Source: Scenedesmus sp. PABB004 | Taxonomy: Eukaryota | Assembly (NCBI GenBank): GCA_014905635.1 | Contig: JABVCE010000003.1 | Location: 1,178,001 to 1,242,000, forward strand | Length of the DNA: 64,000 nucleotides | Direction: 5' to 3' | Shown here: one piece after another, positions 35,123-47,047 of the stretch | Numbering within the stretch: position 1 is the stretch's first letter | Layout of the letters: the number at the start of each line of letters is the position of its first letter | Program-made: the position numbers and the translations under genes | Notes under the pieces: model-generated | What the model was told of the DNA's origin: nothing | The model's database searches: none | Seen by the model: only the letters and a program-made list of their open reading frames with translations

Positions 35123-38100
35123 TCAGGGGTCGCCTGCGGCAGTGCGCGGGGCAGGTGGCGCGCGTGAGCGTCGCGCGCTGTGGAGCTGGGCCGGCCGCCG
35201 CGCCCCGCGGGCGCACCTCGCCCCGTGAGCCAGCGCCACCAGCTGGGCGCCGCCGCCGCGCCCTTGCGGGGACCGCTGCCGCCGCCCTCGCCGCCCGGCG
35301 CGGCAGCTCACCCGCCTGCTCCGCCTTCTCTCGCGCCGCGTCGCGCAGCACGTCAGCGACCTCCTGCACGCCCTCATACTGCGCCTGGCTGGTCGCGCTC
35401 TCGGCGATGACCGCCGCCTCGGCCATGGTCTGGGCCACGGGTGGCGCGCCGGGGCCCTGCGCGGCGCGTGCGGGGACGTCGCGCGCGGGCGTCACGCACG
35501 CACCGCGTGCTGCGCGGGGGCGCGCAGGGCGCGCCGCCACCGCGCGGCGGGCCGGCAGCGGCGCCACCTGCAGCAGCGCGTTGCGCTCGTCCACCGCCTG
35601 CTCGGCCCGCAGCGCCTCCTGCTCCGCCTCCTGCTCCGCCTGCAGCACCTCCGCCTCCGCGCCGCCGGCCGCGAGCCGCACGCCCGCGGCCGCGACCGCC
35701 CCTGCCCCGGCCGCCGCGGCCGCGACCTCCTCGTCGTCGCCCGAGCTCGTCATCTCGGCGTCGGCCGGGCCCTCGCCCTGTGCCGCCAGGCCCAGCGCCG
35801 CGGCCTGCTCCGCGGGCGCGAGCAGGCCCTCGTGCGAGCCCACCTCGGTGTCGCCGCCCACGAGCGCCGCGGGCGGCACGAGCAGGCCCTCGTCCGGGCC
35901 CAGCGCGGCGCCCGAGTCCTGGAACCCCTCGGGCGCCTCCGCGCCGCGCACCGCGGATACCTCTGGCGGGCCAGGCAGGCTCAGCGGGTCCTCGCCGCGC
36001 ATCGTCACCGCCAGCGGCGTGCCCGCGAGCACGCTCACGCGCGGGCTGTGCGACGGCGCCGGCGTGGGCGGCGCGCCGGCGGCGCCTGCGCGCACGGCGT
36101 GGCAGCGGCGGCGGCGGGCGGTGGCGCGGGCGGGCGCGCGCGCGCGCCGCAGGGAGGGGTTGAGTGCGTGAGAAAGATCGCCACAACGGCAGTCGTAGCA
36201 TGCAAACCTGGCAGGCCGTCAGCCCCGTCGAGCGACGCCGCCGCGGCGGCCGTCGCGGCGGCAATGGCAGAGAACGGCCCGTCCTCCGCCCACAGCGCCT
36301 CGCCGCCCCACGCGCCCGGCCCCAACGCGCCCGCCGCCGCCTCGCACGCCGGCGTCGGCGCCGGCGCCGACGGGGCGCCGGCCCCCGGCTCGCCGCGCTG
36401 CGGAGCCGGCTCGCCGTGCACCAGGTGGTGCGGCAGGGGCTGGTCGACGCAGATGGGGTCGGCCGGCGCCAGCCCCGCACCAGCGATGACCTCAACGACT
36501 GCCCTGCCGGGGTGGCCCAGCGGCGCGTCCTCGTCGACGGAGCCCGCTGACGGGCTGGCCGACACGAGCTTGGTGCCGCCCCCCGCCGGCGGCACGCACT
36601 GGCTGCCCGCGCTCGCCGCAAGCGTGCGGGGCGCGTTTCTGCTCGCCGCGCCGCCCGCCGGCGCCGCGTGGCCGCGGCCCCGGCAGCGGCGGCGGCGGCG
36701 CGGGCGCTGGCGCTGGCGCTGGCGACGCTGCCGCTGCCGCCAGCCTCGCCGGCGCTGCCGGCCGGCGCGGACGGCGGGCCGGGCGCCACCCAGTCTGCCT
36801 CGTCCTCAGCAGAGATGTCCATGGCGGCGCTGCTGGGCTCCGGCTCAGACTCGGAAGTCGCGGCGCTGCCGCTGCTGTCGAGCTCATCCAGGCTGGTGAG
36901 CATGCGGCCCTGGGCGGCGGCGCCCTCCGCCGCCGCCGTCGCCGCCGGCAGCGCACCGCCACGCCCGCCGCCGCCGCCCCCTGCGGGGCAAGGGGCGGCG
37001 GCAGCCGCCGTGGGGCGTGAGACGTGCTGGCCGTTGGCGCTGGCGGCTGCTGCCGCTGCTGCTGCTGGCCCGCCCACACCCGCCCGCCCGCCGCCCAAAC
37101 CCCAAACACACACACGCGCGCCCCACACGACCGCCGCCGCCCACCTGCTGCCGCCAGGTCGGGCACCTCCTCCGCCATCGACTGCCCCGCCGCCACGTCC
37201 GGCCAGCCAGCGCCGCCGCCGCCGCCGCCGCCGCCGCCAGCAGCCTCGCCGGCGGCGCTGCCCAGCTCCGCCGCCGGCGCGCCCGCCGCCGCCGCGCCCG
37301 CCGCGCCCGCGCCCGCGCCGGCCTCGCCCCAGCGCTCGGCCAGGTCTGCCTGGCTGAGCAGCCCCGCCTCGGCGAGCGCGCGGTCAGTGACCAGGTCCTC
37401 GGCCCGCCCCGACGGCAGGCCCGCCGCGACGGCGCGGCGCTTCTCATGGAAGAACGCCACCGACGCGGGCAGCACGGTCGCGACGTCCAGCCGCGCCACC
37501 AGGTAGGGCGCCGCCGGCGCGGGGTCTGCGCGGCGCGGCGGGCGGGGTCGGCGGGCGGGCCGCTGCGCGGCCGCGGCCGCGGCCGCGGCGTGGGCGCCGC
37601 AGCAGCGCCGCGCACCCGGCGGTGGCGGCGGGTCCAGCGTGACGGCAAACCCGGAGATGCGCTCGTCGCTGGGCGTCACGGTGACGGTGGAGTTGCCGCC
37701 GCCCGCGACGTCCTCGCCCCAGCCCACGAGCTCGCCGCCCGGGCCGAGCGCGACGTGCTTCACGCGCACGGGGCGCCCCACCGGCAGCGCCGCGGCGCCG
37801 CGCCACACGTCGCCCTCGCCCCACTGCGCACCCGCGCCGCGCGGCGGGCGGCGCGCGGCACGCGTGCGAGGCGGGGCGGCGCGCGGGTGGGGGGCGGCGC
37901 AGGCAGGAGGCGGCAGCGCGGGCAGGCGGCGGCAACAGTCGCACCTCGAGCCGCAGCGCGCGCGCGGTGTCCCACTGCCCGAGAGCGTCGCAGTCGCCGG
38001 CGATGGCAAAGGCGTGGCCGAAGTTGCAGTGCTTGTGCAGCTCGAAGATCACCGGCACGCTGTTGCGCGGCACTGCGCGCGCGGCGGCAGCAGAGCGCCG

Positions 38101-38511
38101 CGTTGGTCGCGCCGCAGCGCGGCGCAGCGGCTGCGCGTCGCGCGGCCGCACCGGCGCAGCCGCACACGTCGGCCAGGTCCGCCGCCTCGCCGTCGTCGCG
38201 GGGCATCGCGGCGTCCTCCCCGGCGCCCTCGGCGGCGCGCGGCGCCTCGCGCTCGCCTGCGGCGCACGGCGCGCGGGGCGGCGGCGATCGCCCGCCGGCG
38301 CGGCGCGGCGCGGCGCCCGTCGCGCCACGCGCGCACCCTCACGGAAGCGCGACACGGAGGAGGCGCCGCGGCGCGGTTGGGCGGCCCGGGCGCGGGCGCC
38401 GCCCACGGGCTTGCACGCGAGGCGGCGACCGGCAGCGGCGGCGGTGGCGCACGGCGCGGCGGTGCGCCCCGGGTGGGAACGCGCCGGGAGGAGGGAGCGT
38501 CCAGCCAGCAT
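35123..38511 (-). CDS. CBM20 starch-binding domain protein with long acidic low-complexity C-terminus, probable plastid targeting
   Basis: [44 protein letters not shown] is CBM20-like. Downstream exons are Ala/Glu/Ser-rich. Exon boundaries are partly uncertain. Confidence 0.72.
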
Positions 38512-38706
38512 CGCGCTGCGCCGAGAGCGCGCGCGGCGGGGGCGAGTCGCGGTGCCGTGAGCGCAGGCGTGCGTGCGATCGCGACGCGAGCCGGTGGCGC
38601 GATCGGGCGTGGAGAGGCCTCTGAACGGACGTGCGCGGAGACGCGGCTCGGCGGCTCGCCGCGGCGGCGCCCGCGAGCGGTTTCGTCAGCGTCGGCGCTC
38701 GCGGCT

Positions 38707-41357
38707 TCACCGGCTGAACGCCGCGCCCCAGGCCGCGTACTTGGCCGCCTCCGCGGCCGTGAGGCCCGGCCGCGCGGCCGCACGTGCGGCGGCGAAGTGG
38801 CGACTCGCGACCGCCGACGCGCCGGCGACGTCCTCGCGCAGCGCGGCCATCGCGGCCTCCCTGCGGGGGCGTCCGCGGGGCGCGGTGCGTCAGCGCCGTG
38901 GTCACGGCGCGGCCTGGGCAGGGCCGGGCGCAGCGGCCAGCCCCGGCGCGCGCGCCTGCACAGCCCGGCGAGCTCCGCGCCGGTGAAGCCCTCCGCCTCG
39001 GCGGCGAGGCCGCCCAGGTCCACGTCGTCGGCCAGCGGCATCGCCCTGCCGGCGGGCGCCCGGCGGCGGCGCGCGGGCGCGGCGCGCCGAGTTGCTGGCG
39101 CCGCTGCCGACCGCGCGGCCAACCGGGGTCGAGGCCGCGAGACCCGCACGGGCACCCCGGGCGCCTCCCTGCCGCGCGCGGCCGCCGCGCACCTGGTGTG
39201 CAGCTCCAGGATGGCGCGCCGGCCCTCCAGGTCGGGCGGCGGGACGTAGAGCTGGACGTCGAGCCGGCCGGGGCGCAGCAGCGCGGGGTCGAGCGCGGCG
39301 GGGCGGTTGGTCGCCGCGAGCAGCAGCACTCCTGCAGGACGGCGCGCGCGGCCGCCGGGGGCGGTGGGCTCGGCGGCGCCGCTCGCGCAGCGCGGCACCC
39401 GGCCCCTGCGCACGCGCCCTCCCAGCCTCGGCCGCGCACCCCGCGTCTGCTCCAGGCCGTCAATCTCGGTCAACAGCGCCGACAGCAGGCGCAGCCCCGC
39501 GTCGGGCGCGCCGGCCGCGTCGCCGCCGCCGCCGCCGTCGGCGCGGCGCGGCGCGAGCGCGTCGGCCTCGTCCAGGAACACGATCGCCGGCGCGGCGAGG
39601 CACGCGCGGCGGAACGTGTCGCGCAGCGCCGCCTCGCCCTCGCCGACGTACATTCCATACAGCTGGCGGCGCGCAGGCGGGGGCGTGGGCGGCGCGCGGG
39701 CGGGGGCGTGGGCGGCGCGCGAGCGGGGGCGTGGGCGGCGCAGGGCGTGCGAGCGCTGAGGAGCGGGCAGCGGGCATTGGGCAGCGTGCGCGGCCGGCGG
39801 GCGCGGGGCCGCACCTGCGCGCAGGAGAGGGGGATGAACGTGGCGCCGCTCCCGGTGGCCGCCGCGCGGGCGAGCATGGTCTTGCTGCAGCCGGGCGGGC
39901 CGTGCAGCAGCACGCCGCGCGGCGGCGCGAGGCCGAGGCGCGCAAATGCCTCTGCCGGCGGGCGGGGCGGCGTGGGCGGCGTGGGCGGCGGCGGGGCGGC
40001 AACGCGGGCACCGGCGCCGGCTGCGGCGTGGCGCGGCAGGCCGCTGCGCGGCCGGCGGCGCGCACCCGCGTGGCGCAGCGGCCACTCGACCGCCTGCTGC
40101 AGGCGCCGCTTTATGTGGGCGTAGCCGCCGACCTGGTCCCACGCCACGGGCGACACCTCGACCGCCGCGCCGCGCACGATCGACGGCCCCACGCGCGCGA
40201 GCGCCGCCGCAAAGTCCGCCGGCCCGACCAGGCCGGGCGCGTCGTCGGGGCGCGCCGCCGCCACCGCCGGCGGCGCGGCGGGGCCGAGCTGCAGCGCGGC
40301 GGCCGCGGCCGAGAAGGCATGCATTGCCGCCTCGCGCGCCAGCGCCGCCAGGTCAGCGCCCGAGTAGCCGTGGCAGCTGGCCGCGAGCGCCGCGAGGTCG
40401 ACGCCCGGCGCGAGCGCGAGGCCGGCGCAGTGCAGCCTGCGGGCGGGGCGCCGGCGCCGGCGGCGCGGGTCCAGCCCACACCCTGGCCACGCGCCGTGCG
40501 CGGCGCTGCGGCCGCAGGGCGACCCGCCCGGCGCTGTGCCCGGCGCCGCCGCCGCGGCGCGGCGCACCGCAGGATCTGCTCGCGCGCCGCCGCGTCAGGC
40601 ACGCTGATGGCGACCTCCCGGTCCAGCCGCCCCGGGCGGCGCAGCGCGGGGTCGAGCGCGTTGGGGCGGTTGGTCGCGGCGACGACGACCACGCGCCCGC
40701 CGCCGCCCTCGAGCGCGGCCGCGCCGTCCAGCAGCGTCAGCAGCTGCGCGACCACGCGCGCCTCGTGCTGCCCGCCGCCGCCGCCGCCGCCGCCGCGGCG
40801 CGGGCACAGCGCGTCGGCCTCGTCCAGGAACACAATCACCAGCCGCCCCGCCGCGGCCTCGGCGGCCGCGGCCTCAAACGCCTCGCGCAGCCGGCGCTCG
40901 CTCTCGCCCAGAAAGGCGCCGAATACGGACCCCGGCGAGACGGCGTGCAGCGTGGCGCCAAACTCCTCTGCGAGCGCCGCGGCGCGGCGCGCAGGGGGCG
41001 GCGTCGCGCGCGGCCGCCGCGCGCGAGGGGCGGCGCGGCGGGCGCGGTGCGCGTGCGCGTGCGCGTGCGCCGACCTGCGACCGCCTTGACCAGCAGAGTC
41101 TTGCCGCAGCCGGGCGGGCCGTGCAGCAGCACGCCGCGCGGCCACGCAACGCCGAGCTGCGCGGCGGCGGCAGCATGCTGCACCGGCCAGCCCACGAGCT
41201 CGCGCAGCAGCTCCAGGGGGCCCTCCAGCCCCGCAACCAGCGGGCTGCTGCTGCTGCTGCTGCTGCTGCTGCCGGCCTCCGCAGCGGCGCCCGTGCCGCC
41301 GCCGCTGCCGTCGCCCAGCTGCAGGCCGGCCAGCTGCTGCTGCAGCTCGACTGCCAT
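38707..41357 (-). CDS. Double-AAA ATPase of the AFG2/SPATA5 group, most like AFG2B/SPATA5L1/CDC48B; this ORF lacks an N-domain
   Basis: D1: [45 protein letters not shown]2: [36 protein letters not shown]. Confidence 0.88.
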
Positions 41358-41449
41358 GCCGCCTCCCCGCCTCGACGCTCAGCTGCGCTCTCCTGCTGCC
41401 CTCTCCTGTGCTCCGCTCGCCTCAGCTGTGCAGCCTGCTCGGCGCCGCG

Positions 41450-42538
41450 TCACTCGTCGTCCAGCGCGCCGAGCGCTTCAAACATGCCGCCCGCCGCCGC
41501 GATGGCCGCGCCGCTGGGAGACGCCTTGGAGCTCGAGCCGCCCCGCTTCTTTGCGCCGCTGCCGCCTGGCTTGCTGCTGCCGCCGCCGCCGCCGCTCCTG
41601 GCCTTGGCGCGGGCGCTGCCGCCGCCGCGGTCGGCGCTGCTGCTGCTGCGGCTGCTGCTGCCGGCTGCTGCCGGCTGCGCCCTGCGTGAGCTGCTGCCGC
41701 CGCTGCCGCCGCCCTGAGCGTGGCGGCTGCTGGCGCTCGGGCCGCCCCCGGCGTCGCTGTCGGCGCCGCTCGTGCCGCCGCTGCCGCCACCGCCGGCGCT
41801 GCTCACCAGGCGAATGGCTGTTGAGGGCACCACTCGGTACACGGTCAAGGCCGGGCCCGGCGGCGCGACGTCCAGCAGCTGGCAGCGCACCGACGGCTGC
41901 CGCGGCGGGCGGGGCGAGGCCGGTGAGGCGGGCGTGGGCTGCCGGCGCGGTGCCGGCTGGCGGCGCGGCCGCCGGCAGCGCGCGGCGCTGCGCGCGCTCA
42001 CCGACAGGTGCGCGGTGCACGCCTTCTGCACCAGGCGCTGCTGCAGCCGCGCGGCGGGCAGCGGCGAGCCCAGCAGCTGCGGCGGCACCTGCACCACGAG
42101 AACGGTGGCGGGAACGACCTTGGCGGCGACCGGCCGGGCCGCCAGCAGCTCCACCAGCGCGCCCGGGGCGAACGGCAGCGCGTCGGCAGGTCCGAGCTGC
42201 AGCGACGGGTCGAACGCCGCGTCCGCGCCGCCGCCGCTGGTCGAGCAGTGAGCAGAAGCCGCGCACAGGAAGCGGTGGCGCTCGCCTGCGGGGCAGCGCG
42301 GCCGCCGCGGCGCTCTGCGGGCGCGGGCAGCGGGGCCCCCGCTGCCGCCGCTGCTGCCGCTGCGGCGCCGGCCTGCCCGCGCCGCCGCACCGCCAGCCGC
42401 CGCTTCCACGATCACTGCCTGCCCGTAGGCGACGCCGAGCGACGCTGCCAGGTCCGCGGGCAGGCGGATGCGGCCGGAGCCGAGCTCGCCGGCGTCGCCG
42501 ACCGCTGCTGCTCTCGTCGGGCCGCGCCCGCCGTCCAT
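41450..42538 (-). CDS. Stand-alone ORF resembling the N-terminal (CDC48-N-like) domain of AFG2B/SPATA5L1
   Basis: MDGG..ELGSGRIRLPADLAASLGVAYGQAVIVE..FLCAA..FDPSL..CQLLDVAP..YRVVPSTAIRL, then a basic linker and FEALGALDDE-TGA. The family call is from remembered motif resemblance, not a search. Confidence 0.6.
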   Translation of the reverse strand: MDGGRGPTRAAAVGDAGELGSGRIRLPADLAASLGVAYGQAVIVEAAAGGAAARAGRRRSGSSGGSGGPAARARRAPRRPRCPAGERHRFLCAASAHCSTSGGGADAAFDPSLQLGPADALPFAPGALVELLAARPVAAKVVPATVLVVQVPPQLLGSPLPAARLQQRLVQKACTAHLSVSARSAARCRRPRRQPAPRRQPTPASPASPRPPRQPSVRCQLLDVAPPGPALTVYRVVPSTAIRLVSSAGGGGSGGTSGADSDAGGGPSASSRHAQGGGSGGSSSRRAQPAAAGSSSRSSSSADRGGGSARAKARSGGGGGSSKPGGSGAKKRGGSSSKASPSGAAIAAAGGMFEALGALDDE

Positions 42539-42690
42539 GGGCGGGGAGTCGCAGTGTGGGCGCGTGTGCCGGGTGCGCGCGCACGCGTGTTCTGCACGGC
42601 CGGCACGCGGTTCAGGGCGCCGCGGACGCAAAAACGCGCGAGCCGCTCGGTGACGTGGTCGGCGCGCAACCGTCTTTGCCCTGCAGTCTC

Positions 42691-43930
42691 CTACTGGTGC
42701 CCCCCTAAGCTCTCCTCCTCGTCCTGCGACTGCTGCAGCAGCGGCTCCGCAACGCCATGCTGCGCGCCGCCGCCGCCGCCGCCCTGCGCGCCGCCGCCCT
42801 CCTGCGCGCCGCCGCCAGCGAGGGTGATGCCCGCCACGCCGCCGAGGATCGCGGCGGTCCCCGCCAGCGTGAGCACGACGGAGCGCGCGCTGTCGAGCCA
42901 GCGCGGCTGCCCCAGGACCAGGTCGAGCGCTGTGGCGATGGGGATCTGGATCGTCATCCCGAGCGTCGCCACGGTCGGCCCGAGCAGCAGCACCGCGCGC
43001 GCCCACGTGTAGTCAGCGAAAACGTAGTCCAGCACGCCTGTGGCGGCGGCGGCGGCGGCGGCGGTGAGCCGGTGCCGCGTGCGCCGCTGCCAGCGCGGGC
43101 GCGGGCACTGGCAGACCCCCCCCCCCGTCCCCTCCCCGCGCCCGCGCCCGCGCCGCACCGTTGACGCCGGCGAGGGCGAGCGCGCGCGGCTGCAGGTCGC
43201 GCACGTCGAACGCGCCCGCCGCCTGGGCGGCCGCGAGCGCGGGCGCGCCGAGCGCGAGCGTGAGCACCCCCACGCGGCCGAAGAACAGCGCCGGCGCGTC
43301 GGCGTCGTCCGCGGGCAGCGCCGCGCGCATCGCCACAGTGTACACGCCATAGAGCGCGGCGCTCGCGAGGCAGAGCGCGTCGCCGGACAGCGTGCGGCGC
43401 CCGCCCGCGTCGCCCGCGCCGTCGGCGAGCGCGACGGCGGCCGTGCCGGCCATGACCGCGGCGACGGCCGCGAGCTTGGCGGGCGTCACGCGCTCGCGCA
43501 GCACGAGGGCGCTGCCGAGCAGCACAAACATGGCGGAGCTGCTGCTCAGTATGGTGCTGCTCGTCACGCTCGTGCGTGAGAGCGACGCGGCAAACGCCCA
43601 CTGCGCCGCAAACCACGCCGCCGCGACGCCGGCGACGACGGCGCGCCGCGGCTGCGCCGGCGCCGGCGGCGGCGCCGCCGCGCCGGCGGCCGAGCCCGCC
43701 CCAGCGCCCCAGCAGCGCCGCCGGAGCGCGACTGCTGGCAGGTAGATGGAGAACAGGCTCGTGCACAGCCCCACGAGCAGCAGCGGCGGCAGCGGCGCCG
43801 GCGCGCCGCCCGCGCCGGGGCGGACGAGGCGCTGCGAGATGAACGACGCCGCGATCCAGAGCGCACACGTGGCCAGCACAAAAGCGCCGCCGAGCACGAG
43901 GCCGCCGCGCGGCGCGGACGCGGCCCGCAT
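42691..43930 (-). CDS. Drug/metabolite (EamA) superfamily transporter, SLC35F5/Thi74-like
   Basis: LWIAASFISQ, TSLFSIYLP, SLSRTSVTSSTILSSSSAMF, GDALCLASAALYGVYTV, DYTWARAVLLLGPTVATLGMTIQIP. Confidence 0.88.
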
Positions 43931-44538
43931 GCTGCCGCCGGCCGCTGCTGGCTTGCCCCGCTGCCGGCCGGCAGCGCGCGGCTGGGGCCGCAGTCGCGCC
44001 GCAGCCGCTGCTGGGGGCGACTGGCGCCGCTGGCCCCGCTGGGCCGGTGAGCTGGGCACGCAGGCTGCGCTGGCGCCCACGGCGAGCGGGCGCGAGCGAT
44101 CGGCGCGTGCGCGAGCGCCGCCGCGCGGTGCGAGCAGCGGCGCCGGCTATGAGAGCGCGCGGCAGGGCGCGGCGTCGAGCTGGAGCAGTGGTGGGACTCG
44201 GGCCGAGCCCGGGAGCTGTGCGGGCCGCACGGTGAGGCGGCAGCAGCAGAGGCACCAGCCCCAAACCGCGAGCAGTTGGACGCGCCTGCGCCCCCTCGCG
44301 CACGCCTGATTGGCGCGGCCGTCTTGAGACTTCGACGCGAGCGCAGGCGGGCCGAAAAACGCGTGCGGGCCGCGCCGCCGAGCGCCGCCGGGCCGTTCGC
44401 GACCGGGGCGCGCGCCGCTACAGGTCGACGGGCTCGGTTCCGGATCGGAGGGCGGCCGGCGACAGGGCGGCGGCGCGCCCACAGGCCGGGCCGGCAAGGT
44501 CCATCGCGCCGACGGCTGGTCGCCGTCCCGGCGCCGCA

Positions 44539-45836
44539 ATGCGCGACTCCGCGGCCCCAGAGCGCGTCGTGGAGGGAGCCGAGGCCGACGCGCCCGCGCC
44601 GGGCCCGCCGCGGGGCGCCGCGGGCGGCGGCGGCGCCGCAGCCGCCGGCGGCGCGCCGCCGCGGGGCGCTGCCGCGCCGCTCGCGCCGCCGCCGAGCGTG
44701 GGCTACAGCGTGACGCCCGTCCTCCTGGCGACCGGCCAGCCGCTGGCGCAGCCGCAGGTGCTCGAGGGCGCGGGCGCCGCGGCGCTGCACGGCCTGCTCA
44801 TCCGGCTCAACGCCGAGCGCCACCGCGCGGCCGCGGCGGGGGCGCCGCCGGACGGCGCCGGGCCGTGCCGGCGTCCAAGGCGGAGGAGGAGCCCGGCCAC
44901 GCGGGCGGCGCGCTCGGCGCGGCGGGCGACGTGGGCGCGCTCGCGGCGGACGTGCTGCGCTGCGTCCCGCGCGAGCTGCTGGAGCAGGGCCCCGCGGCGC
45001 TGATGCAGCAGCTCCAGCAGTTCCTGCTGCTGCAGCAGCACCTGGCGCGCGGCGCGGAGCGCCGCAGCGGCGGCGGCGGCGGCGGCGCCGCCGCCGCCAA
45101 GCAGCCCGCGCCAGCGGGCGCGGGCGCGCCGCGCCAGGCGGCGCCAGGGCGGCCGGGCGCGGCGGCGGCGCCGCCGGCGGCCGCGGTGCCCGCGCCGGCG
45201 GCGCCGGCGGGAGCCGGCGGCCGCCACAGCAGCGGCAGCGGCGCGAGCAGCAGCAGCTGCACCGACCCGCTGGAGCCGCCGCCCGGCCGGCCGGCGCCGC
45301 CGGGGCCCAGCCTCCTGCGCAACGCGGCCGCGGCGGGCGACGACGACGCAGACCAGCCGACGCCGCGTGGCAGCGAGGAGCATGCGCCCGACCGCGGCTG
45401 GGGCCCCGGCGGCCGCGGCGGCGGCGCGCTGGACCTGCTGGGGCACATCGTTGAGGCGGCGGCCGCGCTGGAGGAGGGCGGCGGGCGCAAGCGGCTGCTG
45501 AGCGACGGCACGCCGACGTTCGAGCGGCGGTGCGCGCGGGCGCCGGGGCGGCCGCGCAGCGCGGCGCTGCCGGCCCGCGCCGCGGCGGGCCGCCCCGCCG
45601 CCGCCCGGCGCGCCCGACGCGCCTCCGCCGCGCCGCAGGGCCTCCGACGCTGACGGCAGCGGCAGCGACGGCGAGCTGGGCAGCGGGCACGGGCCGGGGC
45701 GGTCGCGGAAGCGCTCGCGCAACATGCCCAGCAGCGGCTACCGCGGCGTGCGGCTGCGGCCGTGGGGCAGCTGGGGCGCCGAGATTCGGGAGCCCAACAC
45801 CGGCTCGCGCGTCTGGCTGGGTGAGGCCTGCTGCGG

Positions 45837-45883
<47 letters not shown>

Positions 45884-46091
45884 TCGCGCGCGGCGCCGGG
45901 GCGTCCGCCGGCGCGCCGCCGCCGCCGCTCGCAGCCCACCGCGCCGGCCGGGCGCCCACCGCTCGCCGCGCAGGCAGCTACGCCACGGGCGAGGAGGCGG
46001 CGCTGGTGTACGACGCCGCGGCGCGCGAGCTGCGCGGGCCCAACGCGCCGACCAACTTCCCCACGCCCGGCGAGGCGGAGCGGCTCAAGTG

Positions 46092-46153
<62 letters not shown>

Positions 46154-47047
46154 GCGCCCCGCAGCGGGGCCCGCGCCCGCGCCCGCCGCCGAGCAGCGCC
46201 GCGTCCGGCCCAACCCAACAGGTACCAGGCGCGCGTGCGGGACATTCTGCTGAAGAACGCCCGCGTCTGTCAGTTCTACAACCCCTCGGCGGCCGACGCC
46301 GCCTTTGCCGCGCGCGGCAGCGGCTCCGGCTCGTACGACGTCGAGCGGCCGGGCAGCAGCGCGGCGGCGCGCGGCCGCGACCGCAGCTGGGGCGGCGGCG
46401 CCGGCTGGGACGACGACGACGAGCCGCGCGGCGCCGGCGCGCGCGCCGCGTCGACGCCGCGCGCCGCGTCGACGCCGCGCGCCGCATCGACGCCGCGCGG
46501 CGCCGGCCCGCGCCGCGACGGCGGCGCCTGGCCGGGCAGCGCCGGGCGCGGCGGCGGCGGCGGCGCGGCGGCGGCGCTCTTTGCCGCCGTCGCGGGCGCG
46601 AGCAGGCACGTGTGCTACGACGACGCCGAGGAGGAGTTTGAGGTGGACGAGGACGACCTGGCGGCCAGCGGCGACGAGGCGGGCGGCGGCGAGGCGGGCG
46701 GCGGCGGCGGCGGCGCCGGCGGCGGCGACCCCGCCGCGGCGGCGGCGGCCGCCGCCGCCGGCGGCGCGGCGGGGCGCGCGGAGCGGGGCCAGGAGCCGGC
46801 GCGGCCGGCGGCGGCGGACGACGACGACGACCTCGGTCGGTATGACGAGCAGGCGGAGCAGCTGGCGCGGGAGCTCGCGCAGCTCACCGGCGACGCGCAG
46901 GCGGGCGGCGGCGGCAGCCCCGCGCGCGCACGCAGCCCGCCAGCGGCCGGGCCAGCGGCCGGGCCAGCGGCGGTCGGCGACGCGGCCGCCGCCGGCGCGC
47001 TGGCGCAGCTGGCCGCGGCGTCCGAGGCGCTCGCTGCGACCAGCTGA
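44539..47047 (+). CDS. AP2/ERF-domain transcription factor (5' part uncertain; possible frameshift near 44862)
   Basis: [59 protein letters not shown] at 45724-46062. Confidence 0.85.
46096..46152 (+). repeat. (CCG)n intronic microsatellite; a second tract lies at ~45838-45882
   Basis: Long perfect CCG runs immediately after GT donors in two AP2 gene introns. Confidence 0.85.
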
